This document shows positions 1-10,093 of a DNA stretch of 64,000 bases, piece by piece. This stretch comes from Polyangiales bacterium. Its GTDB lineage: Bacteria; Myxococcota_A; Polyangia; Polyangiales; Houyiibacteriaceae. The stretch covers positions 25,930 to 89,929 of the forward strand of contig JBGCFM010000069.1 of NCBI GenBank assembly GCA_045106895.1, given 5' to 3'. The notes under the pieces are model-generated. The model had not been told where the DNA came from, ran no database searches, and saw only the letters and a program-made list of their open reading frames with translations. The translations under genes and the position numbers were made by a program. Each line of letters begins with the position of its first letter. The stretch's first letter is position 1.

Positions 1-258
1 GAGTTCTTCCCCTTCGATGCGGTAGTTTGGGTGTTCGGCGGCAAACGCGGCGCGTACAGAGGCAACAAAGTCGGTTCCCCGGCAAGATGCGACGACGCGG
101 AGGATTTTGGTTTCACCCTTTACCCACGTGCGCTGCGGCTTGTAGTGGCCACTCGCGACGCGCGTTAGTTTGTCGAGCACGAGGACCCACCCGTCGTGGC
201 GACGGCGGAGCGCCTTCAGCGCGACTCCCGTGTCGCTTCCGTGGGCTTGGCTAAGCAC
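1..258 (-). CDS. Partial (runs off left edge) hypothetical protein; paralogue of the 11003-11968 protein
   Basis: Manual translation of the minus strand from GTG at 258 gives an open frame to base 1 (upstream in-frame stop at 331-333): ...KALRRRHDGWVLVLDKLTRVASGHYKPQRTWVKGETKIL...AFAAEHPNYRIEGEEL. It aligns with the N-terminus of ORF 11003 (KALRR..W..RV...HYKPQR..V.G..KIL...EHP.Y). Absent from the ORF track. Confidence 0.8.
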   Translation of the reverse strand, partial: MLSQAHGSDTGVALKALRRRHDGWVLVLDKLTRVASGHYKPQRTWVKGETKILRVVASCRGTDFVASVRAAFAAEHPNYRIEGEEL

Positions 259-365
259 CTCGATCTCTACGGCTGATAGGTCACCGCTTTTTAGGGGTAT
301 GCGCGCGTCTTCGAGAGAAGAGTTCCGCTTCTAAAGAGATCCCTGCGCCCGCCGTAACCTCCTGC

Positions 366-1193
366 ATGCCGAACGTGGCCCAACCAATCGAACCGACCGC
401 GAACCACGAGCCGCCCGCCGTTGTGTGCAGACTCGGCGACCGGCTCTTCGCCGTGTCTTCGACGCTTGTGGAGTCGATGGTGCAGCTTCCGCCGGTGACG
501 CGCGTTCCCGAGACGCCCCAATATGTGCGTGGAGTGATCAACCTGCGCGGCCGTATCCTGAAGGTGATCGATCTTCGTCGCCGTTTGGGAATCCAGTCCC
601 TCGCGGAGGAGTCCAAGGCTTTCACGGACATGCTGACGCAACGCCTCGGGGAGCATCGGGCCTGGCTCGACGCGCTGCGGAAGTCGGTGGAGACACAAAC
701 TCGATTCACGGGAGAACTCGACCCGACGAAGTGCGGCTTCGGACGTTGGTACACGGAGTTCGAAACCAATGACGTGGTTCTTCGCGCTGTGTTTCAGCGT
801 TTCGACAAACCCCACCGAGCGATTCATGCTTTGGGACACGAGGTGAGCGACATGGTTCGGCGTGGCGAACACGACGCCGCCCGGGATCGCATTGCCAAAG
901 CCGAAGCGACAGAGCTGCGGGTCCTTGAGCACCTCTTTGCGACAACCGCCGAAACCTATCTTCGGTCACGCCGCGAGATCGCGATTGTTCTTGGGAGAAA
1001 CGGTGCGGAGACAGCGACCGTCGTGGACCAAGTCGTCGCCGTCGAACATCTCGAGGAAGTAGACGACAGCGCCACGGAGAACGCGGCCATCGCCGCAGGA
1101 GCCGAGTCGATGATCAGCGGAATAAGCCGCCGGCCGCGGACGGAAAACGAGCTGGTGTTCACGCTTTGTGAACATGTTGTGTTGGAGGTCTGA
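366..1193 (+). CDS. cheW: CheW-family coupling protein with an inserted CZB (chemoreceptor zinc-binding) domain
   Basis: CheW motifs (TRVPETPQYVRGVINLRGRILKVIDLRRRLG ... IVL ... VVDQVVAV) are split by a CZB segment (EHRAWL...DPTKCGFGRWY...KPHRAIH) with all four H/C/H/H ligands. RBS-like GGAG is not obvious. Confidence 0.85.
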   Translation: MPNVAQPIEPTANHEPPAVVCRLGDRLFAVSSTLVESMVQLPPVTRVPETPQYVRGVINLRGRILKVIDLRRRLGIQSLAEESKAFTDMLTQRLGEHRAWLDALRKSVETQTRFTGELDPTKCGFGRWYTEFETNDVVLRAVFQRFDKPHRAIHALGHEVSDMVRRGEHDAARDRIAKAEATELRVLEHLFATTAETYLRSRREIAIVLGRNGAETATVVDQVVAVEHLEEVDDSATENAAIAAGAESMISGISRRPRTENELVFTLCEHVVLEV

Positions 1194-1194
1194 G

Positions 1195-1581
1195 ATGCCG
1201 AAGCGATATCCATCCAGCGACGCGCTGCTCTTGAAGCGCATCCGCGATACGCACGTGGTCTGCAACGACGTGCTCGACGAACTCATCCGGGTACAGCAGT
1301 CATTTTGGAAGCCCTTTGGCCGCGTCGCCATCGAACTCGGCTACATGCGCATCGGGCACGTTGCCAAGGTTCTCAGCGTTCAAGCGACGAATCCACAAAA
1401 GTCGTTTGGAGAATGCGCGCGGGGCTGCGGGTTTCTTCGGACGTCGCAGGTCGAGCACATCCTCATGCACCAGCAAGCTCTCGTGCCATCTCTCGCCGAT
1501 ATTCTTGTCTCGGAAATGGTTCTCGAAGAACACGAAGTTGCACAACTCTTGGAAGCTCCGTCGTTGGTACAAAGTCTATGA
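1195..1581 (+). CDS. Small protein with degenerate MshEN-like repeats
   Basis: ATG 1 nt after the cheW stop. Repeats PFGRVAIELGYMRIGHVAKVLSVQ / SFGECARGCGFLRTSQVEHILMHQ / SLADILVSEMVL resemble RLGxxLxxxGxxxxxxLxxxLxxQ. Confidence 0.6.
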   Translation: MPKRYPSSDALLLKRIRDTHVVCNDVLDELIRVQQSFWKPFGRVAIELGYMRIGHVAKVLSVQATNPQKSFGECARGCGFLRTSQVEHILMHQQALVPSLADILVSEMVLEEHEVAQLLEAPSLVQSL

Positions 1582-2897
1582 AAAGCAAAACTTCATTTCT
1601 CGCTGTCGTCTTCCTTATAGCGCTCTGCACGGAGGGTCATGCGATGGCGCAGAGCGCTGAAGCCGAAGTGCCGGGCCCGAGGACCGAGTCGCACCCCAAC
1701 AGTCCGGCCGCGTCGGAAGGCGATGAGGCCTTGGCCTTCGCCCCACACGTGAGTTCGGAGCCAAGGGATGAGCCCAGTCCGCGGGAAACCGCTGCCGATC
1801 TACCTTCTCCAGTTCCCTCGCAGGATACGAACGGTCCGACCGCACAGAGTCCAGCGGAGCCTGACGCGGAAGCGGAGGAAGCGCCGAGTCCGTTTTCGTA
1901 CCTGGTGTTCGCCGATGCGTACGCGGGCGTCAGTACAAACTTGGCGGGAACGGGGCGAAGCCCGGGGCCTACCTTCGCGTTCGCTCCAGAAAACGGCGTA
2001 GGTCTGGCCTTCGCGGGTGCAGACCTCCGTTACAATACGCGCTATTTCGGGGCCTCCGTCGATGTGCGTGCGGGTTCCGCCGTACCTGTGCTCTTGGGCT
2101 CGGACCTCACCGTGCTCGGCGCCGTGGGCTTGAAGCAAGCCTTCATATCCCTTCGCCCGGTCCCTGCGCTACGTATCGACGCCGGCCAGTTCGATACGAT
2201 CTATGGCGCAGAGGTTTCGGAGAGTTGGCTCAACGCGAACTATACACGGGGCGCACTCTACTTTGTCGCGCAGCCCTTTTTCCACACGGGCCTTCGGGTC
2301 AACGCAGAGCTTCCTGGCGGAATCGAGCTTCGCGCGCTCGCCGTCCAGGGATGGAACTCCGTCATCGACAACAACGAAGGAAAGTCCTTCGGGGCACAGT
2401 TCGCCTGGAGCGGGGAGAACGCGAGCGTGAGCGCCGGCTATATTGGCGGTCCCGAGCAAGCGTCCATGGTGGAACAGGCGCGAATGCCAGGAGTGAACGG
2501 GCGGTGGCGCCACTTAGTCGACGTTGTGGCTCAGCTGAAGGCGGGGCCAGTTTCGTTTCTCGTGAACGCGGACTACATCCGCGAAGAGGTCAGCGGCGGG
2601 TCCTTCTCCCAAGCGTATGGAGGAATGCTGACGCTTCGCTATGGATTTGCTCCCTTTGCCATCGCACTTCGTGCGGAGGTTCTCAACGACGCCGACGGCC
2701 TCTTTTTGGGTGTGCCAGACATGGTTCTCGGTACAGGAACCGCGACCTTTGAGGTGACGCCGGTGGAAGGTGTCGTTCTGCGATTGGACGCTCGCTACGA
2801 CGCCGCGAGCGACGCCGTTTTCGCCACCGGCGCCGATGGCTTCAGCAACGACGCGTTCCGGGTTGTTCTCGGAGCCGTCGTCCACAGCGGACAATAG
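1578..2897 (+). CDS. Outer-membrane beta-barrel porin (BBP2/DUF1597-like)
   Basis: ATGA overlap with the upstream stop, signal peptide (MKSKTSFLAVVFLIALC..AMA), Pro/Glu-rich linker, then LKQAFI..., IDAGQFDTIYGAEVSES..NANYTRGALY..QPFFHTGLR, DNNEGKSFG and amphipathic strands. Confidence 0.7.
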   Translation: MKSKTSFLAVVFLIALCTEGHAMAQSAEAEVPGPRTESHPNSPAASEGDEALAFAPHVSSEPRDEPSPRETAADLPSPVPSQDTNGPTAQSPAEPDAEAEEAPSPFSYLVFADAYAGVSTNLAGTGRSPGPTFAFAPENGVGLAFAGADLRYNTRYFGASVDVRAGSAVPVLLGSDLTVLGAVGLKQAFISLRPVPALRIDAGQFDTIYGAEVSESWLNANYTRGALYFVAQPFFHTGLRVNAELPGGIELRALAVQGWNSVIDNNEGKSFGAQFAWSGENASVSAGYIGGPEQASMVEQARMPGVNGRWRHLVDVVAQLKAGPVSFLVNADYIREEVSGGSFSQAYGGMLTLRYGFAPFAIALRAEVLNDADGLFLGVPDMVLGTGTATFEVTPVEGVVLRLDARYDAASDAVFATGADGFSNDAFRVVLGAVVHSGQ

Positions 2898-2918
2898 CGA
2901 AGAAAGGGAAGGGCGCTC

Positions 2919-5135
2919 ATGACACTCGACGACACTATGCTTCAAGATGTGCTTCGCCAGTTGCACAACTGCGTGGACGACCGGCGTGCCGATGCGCACG
3001 ACGTGGCGGGCGGCTTGGAGTCACTGGTTGCGAGCGCAAACGCTGCTCAGGCGCGTGTCTTGTCCCAAGCCGGCGCGATGATCCACGCGTACGCGGAGCA
3101 GGACATCGAGTTGGGTCCGGCCACCGACGGCGTTTGGCGAATGCTGCAAACGATCTCGGTGGGGCGACTGACGCTCCCGGGCGCTCCGCCGCCGCAAACT
3201 CCGCCGATGCCCCAAAGGGACGAAGATCCGACGGAGCGAATGGAGCTTCCTCGTCACGCCGCCGAAGCCACTGCCGCGAAAGTCGCGGTGCCCGAGATGC
3301 CGAAGTTCGTCATCGTCCGAGAGGAGGCCGACCTTATTGTCGAATGTGCAGAAGAGTGCATTGAGAACGTTGGAGCCGCCGAAAATGCGATCCTGGAGCT
3401 CGAAACGGACCCGGATAGCGACGAGCTCGTCAATACCGTTTTTCGTGCGTTTCATACCATCAAGGGCATCGCCGGATTTCTCGACCTTGGACCCGTTTCT
3501 CATCTCTCCCACAGTGCCGAATCACTTTTGTCCAAGGTTCGCTCAAAAGAACTTACGCTCAATCAAGGGCACTCCACGGCCTTGCTTCAGTCTGTGGACT
3601 GCCTCGGGAAGATGTTGGCGGACCTTCAGCGCGGGGAGGGCCCCGACGGAGGTATTCGCATCGATGTTCCGGAGAACTGGTCGTTGGTGTACGAGAGCCT
3701 GAGTACCGCAACGGAACCCTCAGCCTCCTCGGTGTCTTTAGCTCCTGCGGCCCTCTCTGGAGACACAAACGCCCAACCCTTTGCCCCTACCCCGGACGAG
3801 TCGCCGGAGGTCGTAGCGGCGGTTGCTGCTCCCGACCCCGCTCTCGGCGGTGAGGACAAGGAGTCGGAGGAGACGGACGAATCCGCTCAGGTATCGAAGC
3901 CCAAAGTAGAGTCCAAGAACACAAAGTCGTCGGCCGACGCGTTTGTTCGTGTCCGAACCGACCGACTGGACCAGCTACTCGATGCTGTCGGCGAGTTGGT
4001 CATCGCTCAAACCATGGTGTCGGACCGCTCCGCATTGATCGAAGCGGAGAATACGGAGTTCGCCGAGACGATCTCCCAAACCGGAAAGATCGTTCGCGAA
4101 CTGCAGGACCTCGCGATGTCGCTGCGCATGGTGCCGATGGCGTCCACGTTTCAACGTATGAGCCGCGTCGCCCGCGACGTCGCGACAAAGTGCCAACGGC
4201 AGGTTCGTATGGAGACCGTCGGCGAGGACACTGAGATCGACAGAAACCTGGTCAGTCTTCTCAGTGAGCCCCTCATTCATATGATTCGAAACGCCGTCGA
4301 CCACGGCATCGAGTCTGGTGAAGCACGCATCGCCGCTGGAAAAGACCCGGTGGGAACCGTGACTCTTTCCGCCACCGCCGAAGCCGGACGAATCGCGGTT
4401 CGAATCCGCGACGACGGCGGTGGTCTCAACGCGGAAAAGCTCATCGAGAAGGCGCGGAAAAACGGCATCCTCGGACCGAACGAGAAGATCAGCGATGCCG
4501 ACGCTTTTCGTCTCATCTTTCATGCGGGGTTCTCGACCGCGGAGAAGGTCACAGCCACTTCCGGGCGAGGCGTCGGCATGGACGTTGTGCGACGAAACGT
4601 GGAGCTTCTTGGCGGGAGAATTCAGGTCGATTCCGTACTCGGTGAGGGCACCACGTTCAGCATCTACGTCCCACTGACGTTGGCCATTACAGACGGGATG
4701 ATCGTGGGCGTCGCTGAGGAACGCTACATCCTTCCAACTCTGAATATCGTCATGAGCTTCCAGCCTAGCGCAGACATTCTCGCGTGCGTCCCCGGATGCG
4801 GCGAGGTTGTTCTGGTTCGTGGCCGACCAATCCCCATCGTCCGTATGCACGATATCTTCGATATCGACGGTGCCTGTACCTCGCCGACAAGAGCTCTTCT
4901 CGTTCTTATGGCCGACGGCGAACGCCGCTTCGCCCTTCTTGTGGACGAAGTGGTGGGTCAGCACCAGGTCGTCACCAAAGCCCTTGATGTTGGCGCTCAG
5001 TCTATTCCAGGACTCGGCGGCGCTGCCATTCTCGGTGATGGTCGTGTCGGCCTCATCGTAGACCCAGGCGGAATGGCGCAGCGCGTCCACCGTCGTCTTA
5101 CTCCTGACACAGAACAAGTTTCGTCCCTTCACTAA
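2919..5135 (+). CDS. cheA: Chemotaxis histidine kinase CheA (extra N-terminal segment, no evident P2 domain)
   Basis: Hpt FRAFHTIKG; dimerisation [20 protein letters not shown]; HATPase [32 protein letters not shown]-terminal CheW-like domain ([15 protein letters not shown]). Confidence 0.97.
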   Translation: MTLDDTMLQDVLRQLHNCVDDRRADAHDVAGGLESLVASANAAQARVLSQAGAMIHAYAEQDIELGPATDGVWRMLQTISVGRLTLPGAPPPQTPPMPQRDEDPTERMELPRHAAEATAAKVAVPEMPKFVIVREEADLIVECAEECIENVGAAENAILELETDPDSDELVNTVFRAFHTIKGIAGFLDLGPVSHLSHSAESLLSKVRSKELTLNQGHSTALLQSVDCLGKMLADLQRGEGPDGGIRIDVPENWSLVYESLSTATEPSASSVSLAPAALSGDTNAQPFAPTPDESPEVVAAVAAPDPALGGEDKESEETDESAQVSKPKVESKNTKSSADAFVRVRTDRLDQLLDAVGELVIAQTMVSDRSALIEAENTEFAETISQTGKIVRELQDLAMSLRMVPMASTFQRMSRVARDVATKCQRQVRMETVGEDTEIDRNLVSLLSEPLIHMIRNAVDHGIESGEARIAAGKDPVGTVTLSATAEAGRIAVRIRDDGGGLNAEKLIEKARKNGILGPNEKISDADAFRLIFHAGFSTAEKVTATSGRGVGMDVVRRNVELLGGRIQVDSVLGEGTTFSIYVPLTLAITDGMIVGVAEERYILPTLNIVMSFQPSADILACVPGCGEVVLVRGRPIPIVRMHDIFDIDGACTSPTRALLVLMADGERRFALLVDEVVGQHQVVTKALDVGAQSIPGLGGAAILGDGRVGLIVDPGGMAQRVHRRLTPDTEQVSSLH

Positions 5136-5143
5136 AAGGCAGA

Positions 5144-7711
5144 ATGATGTCCCAGTCCGATTCCAAAACTGCTCCAGGTCGACGCGTATCGCTCGCCGCG
5201 AAGTTCGCGGCTGTTCTGGTGCTCTTCGCTGCTGTTCCGCTCGTCGTCGTGGCGCTGCTGACACAAGCGTCTCTCGGCACCCTTCAAGAACAAGCGCTTG
5301 CAGATTCTCAAGCGAAAGCGCGTGTCATCGGTGACCGAATCGATCGAAGTCTCTTCGAACGCTACGGGGACGTTCAGGCCTTTGGTCTCAACACCATCGT
5401 GCGAGACCAGGCTCTCTGGTATGCGCCGGAGTCGCCCATCGTTGAGGCGATGAATCAGTATGTGGCCACCTACGGCATCTACTCGTTGACGATTCTCGCC
5501 GACTTGGAAGGGCGCGTCATTGCTGTCAACAGCTCTGACGACCGCGGGCAGAGTATCGACACTTCTTTTCTCTACGGTCAGAGCGTGGCGAGCGCGGAGT
5601 GGTTTCAGGCCGCACGGCGTGGAGAGTCGACGACGTCCACTCGGTTTACGGGGCCCGGAAACGATGTCTCGTCGGGCACGTTTATCGAAGATGTTCACAT
5701 CGATGGGCTCGTGCGTCGTGCCTACCCGAACGGAGACGCACGTTCCCTCGGGTTTAGCGCGCCGGTGCGCAATGCCGCGGGGGACGTCATCGCCATTTGG
5801 TCCAATCGCGCAAAGTTCAGTCTCGTCGAGGAAATCGTTGCCAGTTCCGTTCAAGAGCAAAACGCCTCCGGGTTGGACACCTTCGAGGTATTTCTGGTGA
5901 ACAGCGGTGGGACTGTTCTTTCCGGCTGGCACGACGGCAGCTTAGTCGACGACCCTTCCGTTGTGCTTCGTGAGTCCCTCGAGGACTTCGGTCTCGGCGA
6001 CATCGCCAGCGCCGCGACCTCTGGTGAGTCCGCGGGTGTCGCTCTTGAAGAGCATCTCGCCGGCACCATGCCCCTCGTGGGAGCCCTCGGATACCCGGGG
6101 ACGGAGTGGAGCGTCGTTACACGGGTGGACACGTCGGAGGCGATGGCGAACGCGGAGCAGATTCGCAGCATTCTTCTCTGGACGACATTGGGCGCCATCG
6201 CGCTTCTCTTTGTCTTTGGGTTCATCCTCGCGCGGCTTGCGATGCGACCCGTGATTGAGATGGCCCGAGTTGCACGACGCATGGCGAAGGGTGACTTCGA
6301 CGTGACCATTGAAAGAACATCGCGGGACGAACTAGGAGACCTCGGCGATGCGCTCGGAGAGACGGTTCGCTACGTCAATGAAACCGAACATATCGTGACC
6401 CAGGTCGCCGAAGGTCAGCTCGATATCGAAGTGGTACCGCGCTCCGAAGACGACACTCTGTCGCACGGGATTCTCCGTATGCGAGATTCACTTCAGTATC
6501 TGGCGGCGGAGACAAGCCAAGTCATCGCAAGCGTAAAGATCGGCCAACTCGACACGAAGGGTGACGCGAGCGAACTCCGCGGCGTCTACCGGGAGCTCCT
6601 CGACGGCCTCAACACCACCGTCGCCTCCATCGCCGTTCCGGTGAGCGATGTACTCTCTTCGCTAGACGCGCTCGCGAAGCGAGACCTCACGAAGCGCATG
6701 GCCAGTCACTACGAAGGCCAGTTCCAGAAAATCGCCCAGCGCTACAACTCGGCGACGCAGAACCTTGACGAAGCGCTTGGACAGGTGGCGAGCGCTGCGG
6801 CCCAAGTGATGACCGCCGCCGACGAAATCAACACGGGCAATCAGTCCATCGCGGAAACCGCATCGGACAACGCGAGCTCACTTGAGGAGGTGACTAGCTC
6901 ACTGCAAGAGATCACCTCGATGGGTCGTCAGAACGCCACGCGTTCGACGGAGGCTCGAACCACCGCCGACGGTGCGAGCGAAGCCGCAGACGAAGGTGGC
7001 GCGAGTATGGGTCGTTTGTCCACGGCGATTCAGGACATTCGCTCCTCCGCCGAAGAGACCGCAAAGATCGTCAAGACCATCGACGAGATCGCGTTCCAAA
7101 CAAACCTCTTGGCACTCAACGCCGCCGTCGAAGCTGCGCGTGCAGGAGATGCGGGCAAGGGCTTCGCCGTCGTCGCCGAGGAGGTGCGGAGTTTAGCGAG
7201 GCGTTCGGCGGAGGCTGCGCGCAGCACCGCGCAGCTCATCGAGTCGAGTCTCGAGAAGACCAACGCGGGCGTGGCCATGAATGCTGAAGTCACCGAGGCT
7301 TTTATTCGTATTCAGCAACAGGTGAACGAGGTGTCCAGCGTGATGGTCGAAATCAGCGAAGCGTCGACGCAGCAGTCGGACGGCGTTGGTCAAATCAACG
7401 TTGCGATTGAGACGATGTCCCAGTCGACTCAGTTGAACGCGGCTACGACAGAGGAATCTGCGAGTTCCGCTCATGAGCTTTCAAGCCAGGCGGAAGCTCT
7501 TCGTTCTATGCTCTCCAGTTTTCAGGTGAGCCATCATGCGATGTCAGGGCAAAGCTACCAAAATCACGATGCGGGACCTCCGCCCATGCCGAACTCGTCG
7601 GGCCAGGGAAGCCCACGGGCGGAAGCGACCAGAAACCGCGCGCCGGCGGAAGACCTCATCCCGTTTGAAGACATGGGTGCCGCGGACTCTTCTGTCTTGA
7701 TGAGCTTCTGA
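5144..7711 (+). CDS. Methyl-accepting chemotaxis protein (2 TM, Cache-like periplasmic domain, HAMP)
   Basis: Two hydrophobic segments, HAMP (GDFDV...DELGDL), and signalling hairpin [40 protein letters not shown]. Confidence 0.97.
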   Translation: MMSQSDSKTAPGRRVSLAAKFAAVLVLFAAVPLVVVALLTQASLGTLQEQALADSQAKARVIGDRIDRSLFERYGDVQAFGLNTIVRDQALWYAPESPIVEAMNQYVATYGIYSLTILADLEGRVIAVNSSDDRGQSIDTSFLYGQSVASAEWFQAARRGESTTSTRFTGPGNDVSSGTFIEDVHIDGLVRRAYPNGDARSLGFSAPVRNAAGDVIAIWSNRAKFSLVEEIVASSVQEQNASGLDTFEVFLVNSGGTVLSGWHDGSLVDDPSVVLRESLEDFGLGDIASAATSGESAGVALEEHLAGTMPLVGALGYPGTEWSVVTRVDTSEAMANAEQIRSILLWTTLGAIALLFVFGFILARLAMRPVIEMARVARRMAKGDFDVTIERTSRDELGDLGDALGETVRYVNETEHIVTQVAEGQLDIEVVPRSEDDTLSHGILRMRDSLQYLAAETSQVIASVKIGQLDTKGDASELRGVYRELLDGLNTTVASIAVPVSDVLSSLDALAKRDLTKRMASHYEGQFQKIAQRYNSATQNLDEALGQVASAAAQVMTAADEINTGNQSIAETASDNASSLEEVTSSLQEITSMGRQNATRSTEARTTADGASEAADEGGASMGRLSTAIQDIRSSAEETAKIVKTIDEIAFQTNLLALNAAVEAARAGDAGKGFAVVAEEVRSLARRSAEAARSTAQLIESSLEKTNAGVAMNAEVTEAFIRIQQQVNEVSSVMVEISEASTQQSDGVGQINVAIETMSQSTQLNAATTEESASSAHELSSQAEALRSMLSSFQVSHHAMSGQSYQNHDAGPPPMPNSSGQGSPRAEATRNRAPAEDLIPFEDMGAADSSVLMSF

Positions 7712-8751
7712 TGAGTGCGCGTGTACTCATGATTGATGACAGTCCGGCCATGCGTCGCCTTTTGGCGTCGCGCGTGCGGACGGCGAAGAACATCGAAGTT
7801 GTGGGGATGGCGGGAGACCCCTACGAAGCCCGAGACAAAATCGCCGAACTTCAGCCGAACGTGCTCACCCTCGATATCGAGATGCCGCGCATGAACGGTC
7901 TCGACTTTTTACGCCGCCTTATGCGTCACCATCCGATCCCTACGGTGGTCGTAAGCACGTTGGCTGGCCCACGGACCGCGGTGGCCATCGAAGCACTTCA
8001 GTTGGGGGCGGTGCTCGCTCTGGGGAAGGATGAAGCAAAAAAGCCGGGCGTTCTTGCAGACGCGATACGGAGTGCCCATGGCGCCAACGTCTCTATTCTC
8101 GGCGTCAGCAGAGGTCGACCCCCTATCCGAAGTGGCTCGCCCAAGGTCGCGTCGAGCAGCAAGAAGTGCGACGTTATCGCGATTGGAGTCTCGACCGGCG
8201 GGCCCCATGCGCTGGCGAAGGTCTTTGCCGACCTGCCGCCCGGATTGCCACCTATCGTGGTGGTCCAGCATATGCCAGCGGAGTTTACTGCTCCACTTGC
8301 TTCACGACTGAATGGTCTTAGCGCCGTCAACGTCAGCGAAGCGGTACACGGACGAGTACTGGGGCGCGGCGAAGCGGTCATCGCGCCAGGCGGCCGTCAT
8401 CTCAGGATTCGGAAGAATGGCGCCCGAGTGATCACGGAGCTCAGTGATGACGCGGAGGTGGAATATCACCGTCCAAGCGTGGATGTGCTCTTTCGCAGCG
8501 TCGCACGAACCAAGTTGAACTGTCTCGCGATTGTGATGACCGGAATGGGGCGCGACGGTGCGTCGGGTCTTCTCGCGCTAAGAAACGCTGGCGCTCTGAC
8601 GTTGGCGCAGGATCAAGCAACGAGCTTGGTCTACGGCATGCCGCAGGAAGCTGTGAAGAACGGGGCCGCGATGAGCGAAGTGCCCCTATCACGCATTGCC
8701 GAAACCCTGGCAAGAATCGCCGCGGGTTCGACGGAGAGGAAGAGCGCGTGA
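7711..8751 (+). CDS. cheB: Chemotaxis methylesterase CheB (REC + methylesterase)
   Basis: IDDS and LDIEMP receiver motifs; catalytic GVSTGGP, QHMP, MTGMGRDG. Confidence 0.96.
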   Translation: MSARVLMIDDSPAMRRLLASRVRTAKNIEVVGMAGDPYEARDKIAELQPNVLTLDIEMPRMNGLDFLRRLMRHHPIPTVVVSTLAGPRTAVAIEALQLGAVLALGKDEAKKPGVLADAIRSAHGANVSILGVSRGRPPIRSGSPKVASSSKKCDVIAIGVSTGGPHALAKVFADLPPGLPPIVVVQHMPAEFTAPLASRLNGLSAVNVSEAVHGRVLGRGEAVIAPGGRHLRIRKNGARVITELSDDAEVEYHRPSVDVLFRSVARTKLNCLAIVMTGMGRDGASGLLALRNAGALTLAQDQATSLVYGMPQEAVKNGAAMSEVPLSRIAETLARIAAGSTERKSA

Positions 8752-9584
8752 CACCCAAGTATCTAGACGCGGGTGAGTTCAAGCGAGTGTGCGCGATCGC
8801 GTATCGGTGCGCCGGAATTGACATCGGCGCGAACAAAGTACAGATGGCGTCGGCGAGAGTGCGAACTCGAATGCGGGCGTTGTCTATTTCTGACTTTACC
8901 CAATACCTGGACCTTGCCGAACGGGACAAAGTAGAGCTTGGACACCTCGTCGACCAGCTCACGACCAACGAGACACGTTTCTTCCGCGAACCGGCACACT
9001 TCGACTTTGTCGCGAAGAATGTGTGGCCCACGGCGCAGTCTCCCCTTCGCGTTTGGTGTGCCGCGGCTTCCACAGGTGAAGAGCCATACACGATCGCGAT
9101 GTCGATTCTCGAAAACCCCGGGCGCGGGACGCCGGGCGCGAAGATTCTCGCCACGGACCTGTCTCCAACAGTTGTCGAGACGGCGAAAAAAGCTTGCTAC
9201 GACGAGTCTCGCTTGAAGGGCGTAGATTCCAAACTTCGCAAGCGATACTTCAAGCCGAGTGGTCAGCCGAATCAGTACGTTGTCGTGCCGAGGGCGCGTA
9301 ATATGCTGCATTTTGCGGTGCTCAACCTCATGGGAGCTTGGCCCATGAAAGGTCCCTTCGACATCATCTTTCTACGAAACGTGATGATCTACTTTGATGC
9401 TCCAACGCGCCAATGGCTATGCCGTCGCATGGCGACGCTTCTGCGACCCGGCGGCCACCTGCTCATCGGTCACTCGGAAACACTTGGGCGCTCCGCGCCG
9501 GGTCTCAACTCGGTTCAGCCGGCGGTCTATCGACGCAACAACGAACCTGTCTTCGTTGGCCGCCGCGGGGGCCAGGCCGCATGA
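8748..9584 (+). CDS. cheR: Chemotaxis methyltransferase CheR
   Basis: LTTNETRFFRE, WCAAASTGEEPYTIAM, FDIIFLRNVMIYFD, IGHSE; GTGA overlap with cheB. Confidence 0.96.
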   Translation: MTPKYLDAGEFKRVCAIAYRCAGIDIGANKVQMASARVRTRMRALSISDFTQYLDLAERDKVELGHLVDQLTTNETRFFREPAHFDFVAKNVWPTAQSPLRVWCAAASTGEEPYTIAMSILENPGRGTPGAKILATDLSPTVVETAKKACYDESRLKGVDSKLRKRYFKPSGQPNQYVVVPRARNMLHFAVLNLMGAWPMKGPFDIIFLRNVMIYFDAPTRQWLCRRMATLLRPGGHLLIGHSETLGRSAPGLNSVQPAVYRRNNEPVFVGRRGGQAA

Positions 9585-10084
9585 GTGCGCCATTGCAGAG
9601 CGGATCGCGAAACCGAATTACCCTCGGGCTTGCGGAGTTCGAAACCAGTCGGTCTCCCGACGTGACGTTCATCACTTATGCTCTGGGTTCATGCCTTGGC
9701 ATTACTCTGTATGATCCCGTCGCGCGCGTCGGCGGCCTTCTTCACGTCATGTTGCCCAGCGCTAGCGTTGACCCCGCCAAGGCCAAGACGCGTCCAGGTA
9801 TGTTCGTCGACACAGGGCTTCCGCATCTGTTTCACTCCGCCTACAAACTCGGCGCCGTCAAGTCGAGGCTCATCGTCAAAGTTGCCGGTGGAGCAACGCG
9901 CCTCCAAAGTGAGACCCAGCGTATTGCCGCTCGCAATATTGCCGCCGCGCGAAAGATCCTCTGGCAAAACAGCGTTCTGATCACCGCCGCCGACACCGGG
10001 GGAAAGAACCCACGCACGATGAGTCTTCGACTCTCGGACGGCGAGGTCATGATCAAGACTCATCAACGCTCCTATCAACTTTGA
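9581..10084 (+). CDS. cheD: Chemoreceptor glutamine deamidase CheD
   Basis: TYALGSCLGITLYD, GGLLHVMLP, KVAGGA, DTGG..R; ATGA overlap with the cheR stop. Confidence 0.92.
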   Translation: MSAPLQSGSRNRITLGLAEFETSRSPDVTFITYALGSCLGITLYDPVARVGGLLHVMLPSASVDPAKAKTRPGMFVDTGLPHLFHSAYKLGAVKSRLIVKVAGGATRLQSETQRIAARNIAAARKILWQNSVLITAADTGGKNPRTMSLRLSDGEVMIKTHQRSYQL

Positions 10085-10093
10085 AGGAATCCT

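Noticed and set aside
259..365. Riboswitch or ncRNA upstream of cheW
   Set aside because: Most of the apparent leader (1-258) is actually the divergent partial gene; the remaining ~100 bp shows no recognisable conserved RNA structure.
1305..1577. ORF-track 5' extension of the porin (and similar extensions for cheD, hslV, hslU, argG, kinase, 22761 ORF)
   Set aside because: The extensions overlap upstream genes or lack RBS support; downstream ATGs with stop/start overlaps, signal peptides or family N-termini are better starts.
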